Assembly: GCA_951406725.2 (NCBI GenBank)
Contig: OX597817.1
Location: forward strand, 40,362,001-40,426,000
DNA length: 64,000 bases
DNA from: Octopus vulgaris
Taxonomy: Eukaryota
Direction: 5' to 3'
The translations under genes were made by a program, and so were the position numbers. The notes under the pieces were generated by a model. The model had not been told where the DNA came from. It saw nothing but the letters and a program-made list of their open reading frames with translations, and ran no database searches. Shown piece by piece: positions 11,977 to 24,395 of the stretch. Within the stretch, counting starts at the first letter, position 1. Each line of letters begins with the position of its first letter.

Positions 11977-13280
11977 TCTTTTTCATGTTTCCAAGCCACT
12001 CTTCCGAAAATATTCCAAGTATCCACGCTATTTGTTATCTAAATCATACACACGTACACACGCAACACATCGATATTCGTTGTAGCTTTCACTAAAGGTT
12101 ATACTAACATGATTTCCAGAGGCTTTCTATGTTTTTAAACAAGAATCCACTGCCACGCTCCAATATAGTTTTCTTCTTGTATTCTTCCCCTCCCCTCATC
12201 TTTATATCTACTCACCTTTCTGTCTCTCTTTCTCCCCTCTCTTTATCCTTTCCTGTCTCTCACTATATTTGTTCTTTTTCAATGAACCTCCTTTGGGATT
12301 TGCCCGTACTTTCTTCCTACTTGACGATCAAATATCTTACTCTTAAACCACTTAACTCACTATTTAACACTCCATTTAGCTTTCTGGGTTTTGTTTCTTC
12401 AAATAAATTCACTTTCTGTTTTACGTTGGTTAATTGTACGTATGTGGGGGTTGAAATACTAAGTTTTCTCCAACAACTAATCCTTAACAGCTTGTTTGTT
12501 GTTGTTATTGTTTAGAACCATATCAATCGCGATCGAATTAATCTATGATCAAAGGTTTCCGGACAAAATACCTTGCAGTATTTGTTCCGGCTCTTTTCGA
12601 TCTAAATTCAAACCTCGGTAAAGTTGACTTTGCCTTTCATCCTTTTGTGGTCGATAAAATATAGCGCTAGTGAAGTACTTAAGTCCAGTATAATCGACTG
12701 TTCCCCTCTTCTGAAATGTGTAGCCTTGAGCTTATGTTAGAAACGATTATTTTATCTATTTTTACCAGAGTGTATCCAACACTACGTTAACTAATATGTC
12801 CAGCTTTTAAGATTGGGGGTTTTATTTATGAAAGATTTGACTGCTATTTTTGTTATATGATTTGGTTTGGAAGAAGGGGCAGTTAACGCAAATGACAGTC
12901 ACCAACGACTGGTGGAGTTTATTTCTAATTGAATCACTACAAGTTGATAACTTCAGGAATATAGACTGGGGGACAATTCCGGAAGGATGGTGTCTATGGG
13001 AAGGGTCATAATAAGTAATTAGCGGAAGATCTAAGGGGCAGACAATATGGGTGACAAAAGGAGTGATGACGATTCAAAAATGGCACAAGATCTACTACTA
13101 ACTCGGATGAGCAAGAGACTGAGGTGGAGATTGAGAGAGAGAGATACGTATTTGTGTCTCAGATCTTGATGTGTGTCGATGGCCAACTCAGCGCCTATGA
13201 AGCAGGTGCACGTTTGGAAGTTTTGACAGCAGTGGTTTTTGAATCTACGTAGAATTTGTGGATACCTATTGCTTAGCTGA

Positions 13281-13787
13281 TAGGGGAACAAGGAGGAGCG
13301 ACCGTCCCCACCAGAGCACTTTTTTCAAAATTGGCACCTTTTCAACCATTTTTTAAAACTCTTTACTTCACTTGTGCGATAAAAGTTGAATGTCTTTTTT
13401 GTTAATCGCATGGCCTTGGGAAAAAAAACTGTGGGATCATTATTTTATTTGACCAATCTCCCGTGTTTTTGAACTGTTTATTCAATCTCCTGTGATGTGT
13501 GTTAGTGGCCGCTGACATCTGAAGAACCAAACCAAACCCTGATGTCATAACCTCTCGACACTGAACTATCCCGTGGAGTTGCATTTTTTTCACATCACAC
13601 ATATATTGCTAGATGAAGTTTCATTCATAATGGTATTGTTATTGAAACATGAAATTAGTGAATGTAGAATACAATTATGTAATATAACTAATGAAATATT
13701 TCACGTAATATAAGAGAAATTAATTAAAAATTGTTTGGTATGTGTCATGGCGCCTTTTTTTTTTTTTCGATTTACTTGCTCCCCTAA
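13281..13787. mobile_element. Possible old TIR element (hAT-like)
   Basis: 12-bp imperfect inverted termini TAGGGGAACAAG / CTTGCTCCCCTA. No clear TSD. Confidence 0.3.
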
Positions 13788-14584
13788 CTTTAGAACCTGA
13801 CTTCGTTTCTGGAGATGTATCTAAGACAAATAGTTTCAGCTGTTACTTATTAAGCTGTTTTAGATGTGTGAGATGTGGACTGACTACATTTTTGGTTACA
13901 TTTCTAGCCAGGGGTAGACAACATTGAATTGAGTTAGAACGTAGCCATCAGTCTTTAGATACCGAGACCAAATGTTGAGAAGAGGAATGAAACATTTTGG
14001 CATTGTTGATTTGATGCTGACTTATTTGACATTACCTGTTCAAATGTTTTTTGCAGTCTCTTCCACCCCCCCTCTCTCTCTCTGCATGTGTGTGTAATCA
14101 TCGAGTTATTTTTGTAAATGTAATAATGCTCCTCACAGTATGTGAATATTTCTGCATGCACATGTGTGTGTTTGCCTCTGATGTCAAAATGTTATCCACT
14201 TCAAGTTCCACAGTTAAAAATTGAAATAAATTTTTAAATATAAAATGTAAATGATTTTCAATACATATAAAAATAATAATTGGGTGCAACAAATTTAATG
14301 TATATTTTCAGTAAATGGTTAATGATGTTAGGTACAATTTCTCCAAACCTTTCCACCTAAATATATATTTGCAAATGTATGTTGATTTTAAACAACATAC
14401 CATGAGTGAAGCTCTAGAATTGATTAAATATAGTGACATAAAGAGAATGATTCCTGGCTTTTATACAGTGTCGTGACAGAGTAAGGAGTGTACATCTTAT
14501 GGTATTGGTGACTGAGCTGATTTTTAAAAACATTTTATTTCATTCATGGGCTATTAAATAGTGTTAATGAATACATACATATAT

Positions 14585-14800
14585 ACTTTTCTACTCTAGG
14601 CACAAGACCCGAAATTTTTGGGGAGAGAGCCAGTCAGTTAGATTGACCCAGTATGCAACTGGTACTTAATTTATTGACTCCGAAAAGATAAAAGGCAAAA
14701 TCGACCTCAGCAGAATTTGAACTCAGAATGTAAAGACAGACGAAATACAGCTAAGCATTTTGCCTGTAATGCTAAGGTTTCTGCCACCTCGCCACCTTAA
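14585..14800 (-). mobile_element. SINE family B (Meta/MESC-domain-like)
   Basis: Carries the reverse complement of the family core GACTTTGCCTTTCATCCTTTCGGGGTCGATAAATTAAGTACCAG, with a tRNA-like box B (GAGTTCAAATTC). More than 15 copies or fragments occur in the window. Confidence 0.7.
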
Positions 14801-14946
14801 TACATATATAATCCAACCACGTGGTTTCCTGTTCAGTCTCATTGCATTGCACCTTGATTAAGAGTTCTATGCTAAATTTTGTGAGTGGATTTGGCAAACA
14901 GAAACTGAAAAAAACCCATCACGTGTGTGTGTGTGTGTGTATATAT

Positions 14947-15423
14947 CATCATCATCATTTAATGTCTGCTTTCCATGCTAGCATGGGTTGGATGATTTGA
15001 CTGAGGACTGGTTAACCAGATGGCTGCACCAGGCTCCAATCTTGATCTGGCAGAGTTTCTACTGCTGGATGCCCTTCCTAACACTAATCACTCTAAGAGT
15101 GTAGTTGGTGGTTTTACGTGCCACCAGCACGAGGGCCAGGCAGGCGGTACTGGCAATGGCCATGCTCAAATGGTGTTTTTTATGTGCCACCTGCACAGGA
15201 GCCAGTGCAGCAACACTGGCAATGACCTCGCTTGAATGTTTTTTCACGTGCCACCGGTAGAAGTACCAGTAAGGCAATGCTGGTACGGATCACACTCGAA
15301 TGGTGCTTTTTATGTGCCACTGGTACGGAAGCCAGTTAGCTGCTCTGGCAATGATCACGCTTGGATGGTGCTCTTAGTGCTCCACTAGCACGGATGCCAG
15401 TCATCGAATTTGATTTCGATTTC
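14947..15423 (-). mobile_element. SINE/non-autonomous family D with an RTE-like (GAT)n tail and an internal ~65-bp tandem array
   Basis: Tail CATGGAAAGC.GAC.TTAAA(TGA)n and core GTTAGGAAGGGCATCCAG. Array units are marked by GCCAG/ACCAG at 15135, 15201, 15265, 15331 and 15396. Confidence 0.75.
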
Positions 15424-15991
15424 ATTTACCTCAACAAGCAGAGTTTAGTGTCCAATGAAGGAAAGGTACATATATACATATATATATATATATATATACA
15501 TACATATATATATATATATTCATCATGATGATGATGATATTATGTATGTGTGTGCTTGTCCCCATGTCTTGACATCATGCAATAGTTGTAACTGAGTGTT
15601 ATTGTCATACAAGCAGTGTTGCTTATTTCCAATCTTCTATGAAAGCCTGCCTGGCCATGGGGAAATATTACTTTTTGCTTTGAAAAAGATGAGGGTTAGT
15701 AACAGGAAAGGGATCTGGCTATAGATCTACCTCAACAAATTCAGTCTGATCCATGCAAGCATGGAAAAGTGGACTTTAAACAATGGTATATTTGTTCATA
15801 CATTAAATTTTGTTAAGAAAGGAAGAGACTACTCGATAAATATTGTAAAGTACATAGTGTTTTGAAACTGAATTCTTTATCTCAAGCTTCACTTTCATAG
15901 TACAGCAATTGTCAGACAAGATCCCCTGATTATCACTGTAGTGTCAATATATAATGATTTTATTCACTACAAAGAAAGGAAAGAATATAGG

Positions 15992-16125
15992 ATTTTAACA
16001 AAGTTTGGGCACATTATGTGGGGGCAGGTGAAACTATCTGCATGGTATATATATATATATATATATATATACCATGCAGATAGTTTCACCTGCCCCCACA
16101 TAATGTGCCCAAACTTTGTTAAAAT
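15992..16125. repeat. Perfect 134-bp palindrome centred on (TA)13
   Basis: 15992-16045 is the exact reverse complement of 16072-16125. Confidence 0.95.
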
Positions 16126-16469
16126 ATATATATATATATATAGATATAATATATATACAGTCTTATTAAGTAAGATTCATTAGTGTGAGAAAAGAGATAG
16201 AAATTGCCAATATGCATACAGTTCTTATGATAAAAGCTTGGTAGAAAGCTTTTACTCTTTCATTTGCAAAAAATTTTGAATATTCTTATCACTGATTTGA
16301 CTATTCTGAACCAATTTTAATCATAGCTTCCTTGGGCTACAATTCTTAATTGTCTTCTAATGAGGTATATTTTACAGAATATTTTAAAACTGAAAAAATA
16401 TTTTTTTCCATTATATATTTACAAAATATTTTTTTTCTCTTTCCATTTTTTTTCATTGTCACTCCTTTT

Positions 16470-16610
16470 TTTGCCTCTTAATCCTTTCTGTCAAAGAGTG
16501 TAGGCTTAAAATGTAAAAAACTTTTCCATTCTTCCCAAGTGTTAAACTAATACACCTGCTTGTTATTCTTACACCTGTCTTTGTCTTTTGTTTTCTGTAA
16601 ATTTAAACAA
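16470..16610 (+). mobile_element. Decayed copy of the 7312-7498 hammerhead-like element
   Basis: CCTTTCTGTCAAAGAGTGTAGGCTTAAAATGTAAAAAAC...CTAATACACCTGCTTGTT aligns with 7365-7490. The CpG sites and the GAAA core are mutated. Confidence 0.6.
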
Positions 16611-16625
16611 TATATATATATATAT

Positions 16626-17383
16626 CAGATGTGACTTCAGGTCATCAGCATCATTCAGGCTCATCACAGATTTCGCATAAGACACATGCCTACTTGAAGA
16701 ATTTCATGTTTTTCCACATTTCTAGCTCCAAAAGGCTTATTTTCTTATATCTGGTGCTATATCTTTCTCTGTTTCTAAGTTAACGGTAAAAATAAAACAA
16801 CCCTGCAAAACATAACCAATCTTTACACACAAACACACAGAATAACAGCAATCAAATAATGACAGCAGAGTGCACAACAAACAGCTATCTGACTGTCGCC
16901 TGTACTCTTGACAAGAGATGTCAGTTAGTCTTTTATACCCACCTGAGTTGCTGGATAATTTTTCGCCCCTTTAAGAATATTGTAGAACAGAAACTTTTCA
17001 TAGACTGGAATTTAAATTCTAATCTCTATAGAAACTTATTGTTTCAAGAAAAAAATTGAATTAAAATTACTTTTAATTTTTATGATTATAGATAACAACT
17101 CGGGCTGTAACTTCTGAGCCTAAGTCAGGCGCGTGTGAATGATGTTATGAGAACATCTGCTATGAATGATATTTTTTGACACGGGGCCCTCTAAGACGAC
17201 TGCTAGATGCTGAACAAAAGTAAATGAACTGCGATCAGGCTTAATAAAAGGATTCTGAGTTATCGGCTGCAATTACATACTCGAAGTCAGAAATTAAAAC
17301 AGCTTGCAAATACACATTCACTTTACTAAATTTATACTCAGGCTAAGCCTGAAGCCTGAACAGCCCAAGTGCCGGAGTCACCA

Positions 17384-17386
<3 letters not shown>
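16626..17386. mobile_element. Non-autonomous TIR element (hAT-like) inserted in a (TA)n run
   Basis: Termini CAGATGTGACTTCAGG / CCGGAGTCACCACTG are imperfect inverted repeats. TCAGGCT/AGCCTGA motifs recur near both ends and (TA)n flanks both sides. Confidence 0.5.
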
Positions 17387-17444
<58 letters not shown>

Positions 17445-17446
17445 AA

Positions 17447-17779
17447 GGTGCATGGCTCAGTGGTTAGAGCATCAAGCTTACAACCGTGAGGTTGTGAGTT
17501 TGAATCCCGGACTGGGCTGCATGTTATGTTCTTGAGCAAGATGCTTTATTTCACATTGCTCCAGTTCACTCAGCTGTAGAAATGAGTTGTGAAGTCACTG
17601 GTGCCAAGCTGTACCAACCTTTGCCTTTCTCTTGGATGACATCGGTGGCGTGGAGAGGAGGAGGCTGGTATGCATGGACAACTGCTGGCCTTCCATAAAC
17701 AACCTAGCCCTGACTTGTGCCTTGGAGGTTAACTTTCTAGGTGCAATCCCATGGTCATTCGTGACCGAAGGGGGTCTCT

Positions 17780-17780
<1 letters not shown>
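17447..17780 (+). mobile_element. SINE family C (tRNA head, V/CORE-like central domain)
   Basis: Box A TGGCTCAGTGG, box B GAGTTTGAATCC and central TGTTCTTGAGCAAG. Copies at 24396-24718 and 60565-60903. Confidence 0.75.
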
Positions 17781-17840
<60 letters not shown>

Positions 17841-19991
17841 AGAAAGAGAGAAACACACAATTTGTGCCGGGGGATGGGCTAAACATTGCTGCAAACAGTC
17901 TGTTAAACTATTTGAAAAAGTTCAAATTACCCATTTACGCACAGACATACTCTCACACATATCCAACAATGTCATTCTAAATATAAACAATAACCTCATT
18001 GAAATCTCAAAGCTATGAGATAATTCATGAGTAATTGAAAACCATGTAAATAAATAAGCATTATATTTGGCAGAGCAATCTAAATGCTAAAGGGCCAAAC
18101 AGAAGGACACATTAGACTTTGTCGCCTTTGATTCGCAGAAAGACTGGATAGTCATTATTTAAACACCTCTGATCATAAATCTACTCTATCAGAACTGAGA
18201 TGGTACTAACCAACAACCAAACAAGCTGGTTTGAACATGCCATTATTCAATTCTTATTTAATTAGTTGAATTCATCATGTCTCATGTGTTGTGGAGGGAA
18301 ATACCTTAATTAATTATTTATTCCTAATTAAACTATTTCCCTGTGATTAGTATTTACTCTCATATTTCATGTGTTACATAACTAGTCACACTTGAAATAG
18401 AGTCTTCAGAGGAGTAAAATGAGGAATACATGAGAAGGAAAATAAATGGGTTGCATGAATGGCTATGTGGTTAAGAGGTTTCCTTCACAAACACATGCTA
18501 CTGGGTTTAATTCCATTGCATGGTACCTAACATATGGCTTCTTTCATAGCCTCAAGTAGGGTAACACCTGCAAGTGGAATTTAGCAAATAAAAACTGTAC
18601 AGAAGCATGGTATACATGTGTGTGTGTGTGTATTTAAAAAAAAAATTATGTTTCAAATTAATAACCCAGTTGAACCGTCCAACCCATGCTAACATGGAAA
18701 ATGGATGTTAAACGATGATGATTATATATATGACCGGTTTCTTTCAGTTTCCATTTATCAACTCTGCACACAAGGCTTTGATAGAAGACACCCAAAGTGT
18801 CATGCTCTGGGACTAAGCCCAAAACTTTGTGGTTAAAAAGCAAATGTCTTAAGCACACCATGTGTGTATGTGTGTTTTTCAGTGGTAGATAAGCAGGAGA
18901 CAGGGAGGAAAAAACTGAAAAACAATTGCTTCACAAATAACATCCTTGTGTTATTCTGCATCCAATTACACGTACTCCCTTGTAACATTTATCACCAGAA
19001 ATGTAATGAACTCATAATTAGCCCATTGGATATCTGTAACCCATCACTGCTATTGAGCACCAGTGGTGATATATATGAATAGCTCTAATTGTATGTTCAT
19101 GCATTTCTCAGGTGACAAATGATCATTTCCTTCTTGATCTTGTGTCAGATGATGAAATGTTATAGTGAGACCAGGAGACAACAACACGTGTCCTGCTGTG
19201 TTCATTTTTTTTCTTTCCATCTAACAGAGAAAAACTGAGCTATTTTGTTGTATATGTCATGCATTCTATCATGACACCAGCTTTAGAGAGGTTTCCTCCA
19301 TGTAATGGAAGCTAAAGAAACCCCTTTTCCATGCTTGCATAGGTCGGATGGAATTTATTGAGATAAATCTATGACTGGACGCCCTTCCTGTTGCCATTCC
19401 TCACCTGTTTCCAAGCAAGGAAATATTTCCCCATGCCAAAACATGTTTCTGCAGAATATTGGAAATGGATAACATTGCTTGTATAGCAGTGATACTCATT
19501 TACAGCTATCACATGATGTCAAAACAAGGACACACAAACGCACACACACACACACCACCCACTACACTCACGGAGTGGTTGGCGTTAGGAAGGGCATCCA
19601 GCTGTAGAAACACTGCCACATCTGACTGGCCTGGTGCAGCCTTCGGGCTTCCCAGACCCCAGTTGAACCGTCCAACCCATGCTAGCATGGAAAGCGGACG
19701 TTAAACGATGATGATGATATATATATATAAATGTGTGTGTGCGCATATGCATATATGTGTATGTATGTGTGTGTCCTTGAGTGTATATACTCACACACCT
19801 GTGCACACACACACATACAACAGGTTTCTTTTAGTTTCTGTTTACCGTATAAACTCATAAAGCTTTGATTGGCTCAAGACACTTGCCCAAGAAGCCATGC
19901 AATGGGCCAGAACTGTAAACCATGTTGTTGAGAAATAAACATTTTCCACACAACTGTGGCTGTGCCTATACAGAATAATAAAATTGTTTAA

Positions 19992-20212
19992 CCCTTTCGT
20001 TACTGTATTTATTTTGAGATGCTCTGCGTTTCTCTCAATTATTTTAGATATAAAAAAGAATTTAGTAAAATAACTTAGTTATCATTAAGCTAATGTTAGG
20101 AACATTAATTGTGACTAAGGTTTGGTGAAAGATTTTAATACAAAACTTATGAAAACAAGACATTTGTACTACAGAGCCAGAGCCGGTTTCAGCCGGGTTA
20201 GTAACGAAAGGG
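19992..20212. mobile_element. piggyBac-like MITE family 1
   Basis: TTAA TSD on both sides and TIR CCCTTTCGTTAC/GTAACGAAAGGG. An empty paralogous site lies at 24781-24807. Confidence 0.85.
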
Positions 20213-21127
20213 TTAAAGAATAAATTACCCAGTAATGATAACTGCACGAGAAACAATTGCAGTTATTGTCTTCCTGTATGGGCAGCCTCAGAAACAGCTG
20301 ACATTCTAGAGTCTATTTGAAATTAGGTTACAATTCTGATTCACAAATATTAATGCACATGTCAATACTTTTAATTAAAATCACCATATTCATTTTCAAG
20401 TAATTTCTTCCTTTTACAGTTGCTATTCATTATCGTTTATATATTTTTTATACAATAATTAATGTGAACTAAAATACTATATGAAGAATTAATTCAGCAC
20501 GTTTTGTGTGTGTGTGTGTGTGTGTGAGAAGAAGTACTAATTAAATATTCTATTTCACATTGAGTCATTTCAATATCAACTAATGTAAATTCATTCAATT
20601 TTCAAATTGGTTATTAATTTGAAACATAAAATTTTAAAAAAAGAGATAAAGGATACTACTAGTTAATTGGTATTTAATTGGTTTTTAAAATTAATTGAAA
20701 TACAACTAATGTCATAGAATTGAGAATGTGGTGAGGTTTTTAGAAGTTTTGGTTACTGTATGTGTTTGTTGTTTTTTCATCTTTGTATTTAACTTTGCGA
20801 TTATAAGTTTGACTTTCATCTTAATTGCTTTCACTTCTGATCTGCTGTCTTTACTAATTTATTCTGATTTATTTATTTATCTTCTTTCACCTTTGTTTAT
20901 TTGTTTCAGTCATTGTACTGTGACTATGCTGGGGTACTTGCCTTGAAGGGTTCTTGCTGAATAAATCGCCCCTAGTATTTCTTTTTCTTTTGTAAGTCCG
21001 GTGCTTATTCTGTCAGTCAGCTTTGCTGGACTGTTATATTATGGGGACATAAATAAACCAACACTGGTTTTCAACTGGTAGTATGGAGGGCAGGGTCCAA
21101 AAACACACACACAGATAATGAATGTGG

Positions 21128-21425
21128 TGTCACATGGCCTAGTGGTTAGAGCAGCGGACTCGCGGTCGAGGGATCACGGGTTCAAATCTCAGACTGGGCG
21201 ATGTGTGTGTTTATGAGCGAAACACCTAACCTCCACGCATCTCCGGCAGAAGGTAATGGCGAACTTCTGCTGACTCTTTCACCACAACTTTCTCTCACTC
21301 TTTCCTCCTGCATCTTGCAGCTCACCTGAGACAGACTGGCGTCCTGTCCAGGTGGGGAACCTATATGCCAAGAAACCAGGAAACCAGCTCTTATGAGCCA
21401 GGCATGGCTCGAGAAGGAACAAACA
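21128..21425 (+). mobile_element. SINE family E (tRNA-derived)
   Basis: Box A TGGCCTAGTGG, box B GGGTTCAAATC and tail GAGCCAGGCATGGCTCGAGAAGGAACAAAC. A reverse copy lies at 57696-57952. Confidence 0.75.
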
Positions 21426-21672
21426 GAAAAAAAAAACAAAATGGATAATGAATGTTAAATGATGATGATGATACACATACATACACAACAGTTTTCATCT
21501 ACCAAATTTACTCAAAGGCATTGGTTGGCCTGAGGAACTTGCCCAAGGTGCTATGCAGTGCAAAGCAAGCTTCTTCACCATCCAGCCATGTCTCCACCCA
21601 TTTATATATTTATTTATCAATTTATTTACTTCTTTGTTTTTCAGATTCTATCATGTTTCCTTTGGTGTCATC

Positions 21673-22004
21673 ATGAAATCTTACAAAAATGGAGTAAATT
21701 CACACACAAATTCTAATTCTCACCATGAACCAAAATCTGTTTTCACCTGGGATGAATGCTTACCCATACCAAGGCTTTCATTCATTCCAGCAGCTACCAT
21801 TGTCTTCATTTTGGCCACAGCCTGTTTCCTTAACAGCGTTTCAGGCCATTTTGTTTTTGATGACTTTGAAGCCATCTTGAACAATAACGATCTCACACCA
21901 AGTGAACCTATTGGAAATTTATTTTTTCATGATTTTTGGGGCAACAAACTCAATTCCGACTCCAGCCACAAATCATACCGTCCATTTGCAGTTCTCACAT
22001 TCAG
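21673..22004 (+). CDS. TMTC4: N-terminal coding exon of a TMTC-family protein O-mannosyltransferase (TMTC4-like); exon 21645-22004
   Basis: A TM helix is followed by GHFVFDDFEAILNNNDL...LFFHDFWGNKLNSDSSHKSYRPFAVLTFR, the conserved TMTC signature (FVFDD, DFWG, SHKSYRP). The acceptor tttgtttttcag ends at 21644 and the phase-2 donor AG|GTAAAG starts at 22005. The paralog assignment is from recalled similarity and the true start could be upstream. Confidence 0.88.
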
Positions 22005-22022
22005 GTAAAGCAATTTTCTAAT

Positions 22023-22412
22023 TACTCTTTACTCTTTTACTCGTTTCAGTCATGTGACTGTGGCCATGCTGGAGCACCGCCTGTAGTCGAGCAAATCGAC
22101 CCCAGGACTTATTCTTTGTAACCCTAGTACTTATTCTATCGATCTCTTTTGCCAAACCGCTAAGCTATGGGAACGTAAACACACCAGCATCGGTTGTCAA
22201 GCGATGTTGGGGGGGACCAACACAGACACACAAACATATATTCACACATACACACACATGTATGTTTGTATGTACATATATATATATATATACGATGGGC
22301 TTCTTCCAGTTTCCGTCTACCAAATCCACTCACAAGGCTTTGGTCGGCCCAAGGCTATAGTAGAAGACACGTGCCCAAGCAAGCTTCTTACCACACAGCC
22401 ACTCCTACGCCT
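22023..22412 (-). mobile_element. SINE family A copy inserted ~18 nt downstream of the TMTC4 donor
   Basis: Tail (TACTCTT)n and body CCAAATCCACTCACAAGGCTTTGGTCGGCC. The head has an internal deletion. Confidence 0.8.
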
Positions 22413-22518
22413 AATTGTTAAGTTTATGTTTAACATATAGTATTTGCCAGCTTATATAACACTTTCTCCCATAAGATGCAACTTTACAAGTATATTTTGT
22501 GGAAAAAAACAAATTTAA

Positions 22519-22739
22519 TCCTTTAGCATTCGGATTATTCTGTTGAATCTAATACTCATTTATTCACTTTGTTTTGGAATTAATCATGAATTATCTTGTA
22601 GCTTCCAGATTCTGATGATGTGTTAGTTTATTTTTATAATGACATTGCAAGGCAAGTGTGAGGAGACAGGTTTGACTAGTCTGGACATAAAGCAGGTAGA
22701 ATATTTTGGCTGGATATGGCTGGTTTAAATACTAAAGGG
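22519..22739. mobile_element. piggyBac-like MITE family 2
   Basis: TTAA-(T/C)CCTTTAGCATT...AATACTAAAGGG-TCAA. Reverse-oriented relatives at 40773-40992 and a partial copy at ~17965-18095. Confidence 0.65.
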
Positions 22740-22819
22740 TCAATAGGTTTCATCAGGCAGTAATATACTCAGTATCCTATCTGTAATACAATTGCATGGC
22801 AATTTTTTGTTATGTTTAA

Positions 22820-23039
22820 CCCTTTCGTTACCAGCCTGGCTGAAACCGGCTCTGGCTCCGAGTACAAATGTCTTGTTTTCGTAAGTTTTGAATTAAAATC
22901 TTCCACCAAACCTTAGTCACAATTTATGTTCCCAAACACTAGCTGAATGATAACTAAGTTATTTTACTAAATTCTTTATTATATTTAAAGTAATTGAAAG
23001 AAATACAGAGCATCTCAAAATAAATACAGTAATGAAGGG
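22820..23039. mobile_element. piggyBac-like MITE family 1 (opposite orientation to 19992-20212)
   Basis: TTAA TSDs and CCCTTTCGTTAC TIR. The internal sequence is the reverse complement of the 19992 copy. Confidence 0.85.
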
Positions 23040-23430
23040 TTAAGAATGAAAAAGCATATCTTATATGCCAGTATACATGGTACATAATTCAAGTACAAAT
23101 CCTACCTAGATCATATTTACCTTTCATTCTTCCTAGTTTGATATAATCTGTTAAGTATTGGTTTGATGTAATCGGTTAACCCTCACCCACACTACAATTG
23201 CTAGCATTGAAGCCAAATTAGAAACAATAATTGATTGTTATTATCATCATCATCGTTTAACATCTGCCTTGCATGCTGGCATGGTCGGAATGGTCTGACA
23301 TGAGACGACTAGGCAGAAGCCTGCACCAGACTTTTGTAACTGTTTTGGCAGGATTTTTACAGCTGGAAACCCTTCTTAACACCAACCACTCAGCAGAGTA
23401 GACTTAGTGCTATTTATGTGGTGCACTTGT

Positions 23431-23823
23431 GCCCGTACTAGTAGGGTGCTAAGAGTACCATCCGAGCGTGATCGTTGCCAGAGAGGCTAACTGGCTTCCG
23501 TGCTTGTAGCACGTAAAAGGCACCATTCGAGTGTGATCGTTACCAGTGTTGCCTTAATGGCACCTGTGCCAGTGACATGTGTAAAAAGATTTGAGTGAGG
23601 CTGTTGCCAGTACCGCCTGACTGGCTCCCATGCTGGTGGCATGTAAAAAGCACCCACTACACTCTCAGAGAGGTTGGCATTAGGAAGGACATCCAGCTGT
23701 AGAAACTCTGCCAGATCAAGATTGGAGCCTGGTGCAGCCATCTGGTTCGCCAGCCCTCAGTCAAAATCGTCCAACCCATGCTAGTATGGAAAGCGGACGT
23801 TAAAAATTGATAATGATGATGAT
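23431..23823 (+). mobile_element. SINE family D with internal array
   Basis: Array units followed by CACCCACTACACTC...GGAAGGACATCCAGCTGTAG...GGAAAGCGGACGTTAAA and (TGA)n. Confidence 0.75.
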
Positions 23824-24395
23824 GAAGTACAGGCGAGGTAAGTTTTGGCAAGGTTTTTACAGCTGGATGCCCTTCCAAATGTCAGCCATTTTACAGTTCA
23901 GACTGGGTGCTTTTAAGTGGCACATACACTGACAGGATCACCAAGTACTTGGAAGACAAAAAAGCTTGGGTGGGGGTGATCTTGATGAAAGGTTATAGTG
24001 AGGCAGAGACAGAAACAGGTGTCTTGCTGTAGAAGAGGTACAAGCTTACTCAGTGAGAGAGAGAGAGGGAGAGATCAGGAATGAAGATGGAAACAGGTGT
24101 GCTGCCACAACAGCATGAACTTCAGTAAAAGTTCATGATGACATATCTAATTCATATGTTCATGTTAAAGTATTTAATTTAAAACTAATTTTTGAATAAT
24201 TCAGTTCACATTAACATGTTTAATTGAAGTCAAATAGAAATAGTTATGTGGTAATGAAAAAGTAATATTAATGAATAATTAAATTTTTTTTCATTTTTGA
24301 CAAATATGGGAGACAGCTCCTGTCATGTTTCTGTCTTCTTATCACCTCATCAAACTTAATTGTTACTTAACACGGTGGTGATGAGAGGTAGTGAA

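Noticed and set aside
15110-15400. CRISPR-like repeat/spacer appearance of the ~65-bp array
   Set aside because: The variable parts are only 6-10 nt, are homologous to each other and recur in dispersed SINE copies. There are no cas genes and the context is eukaryotic.
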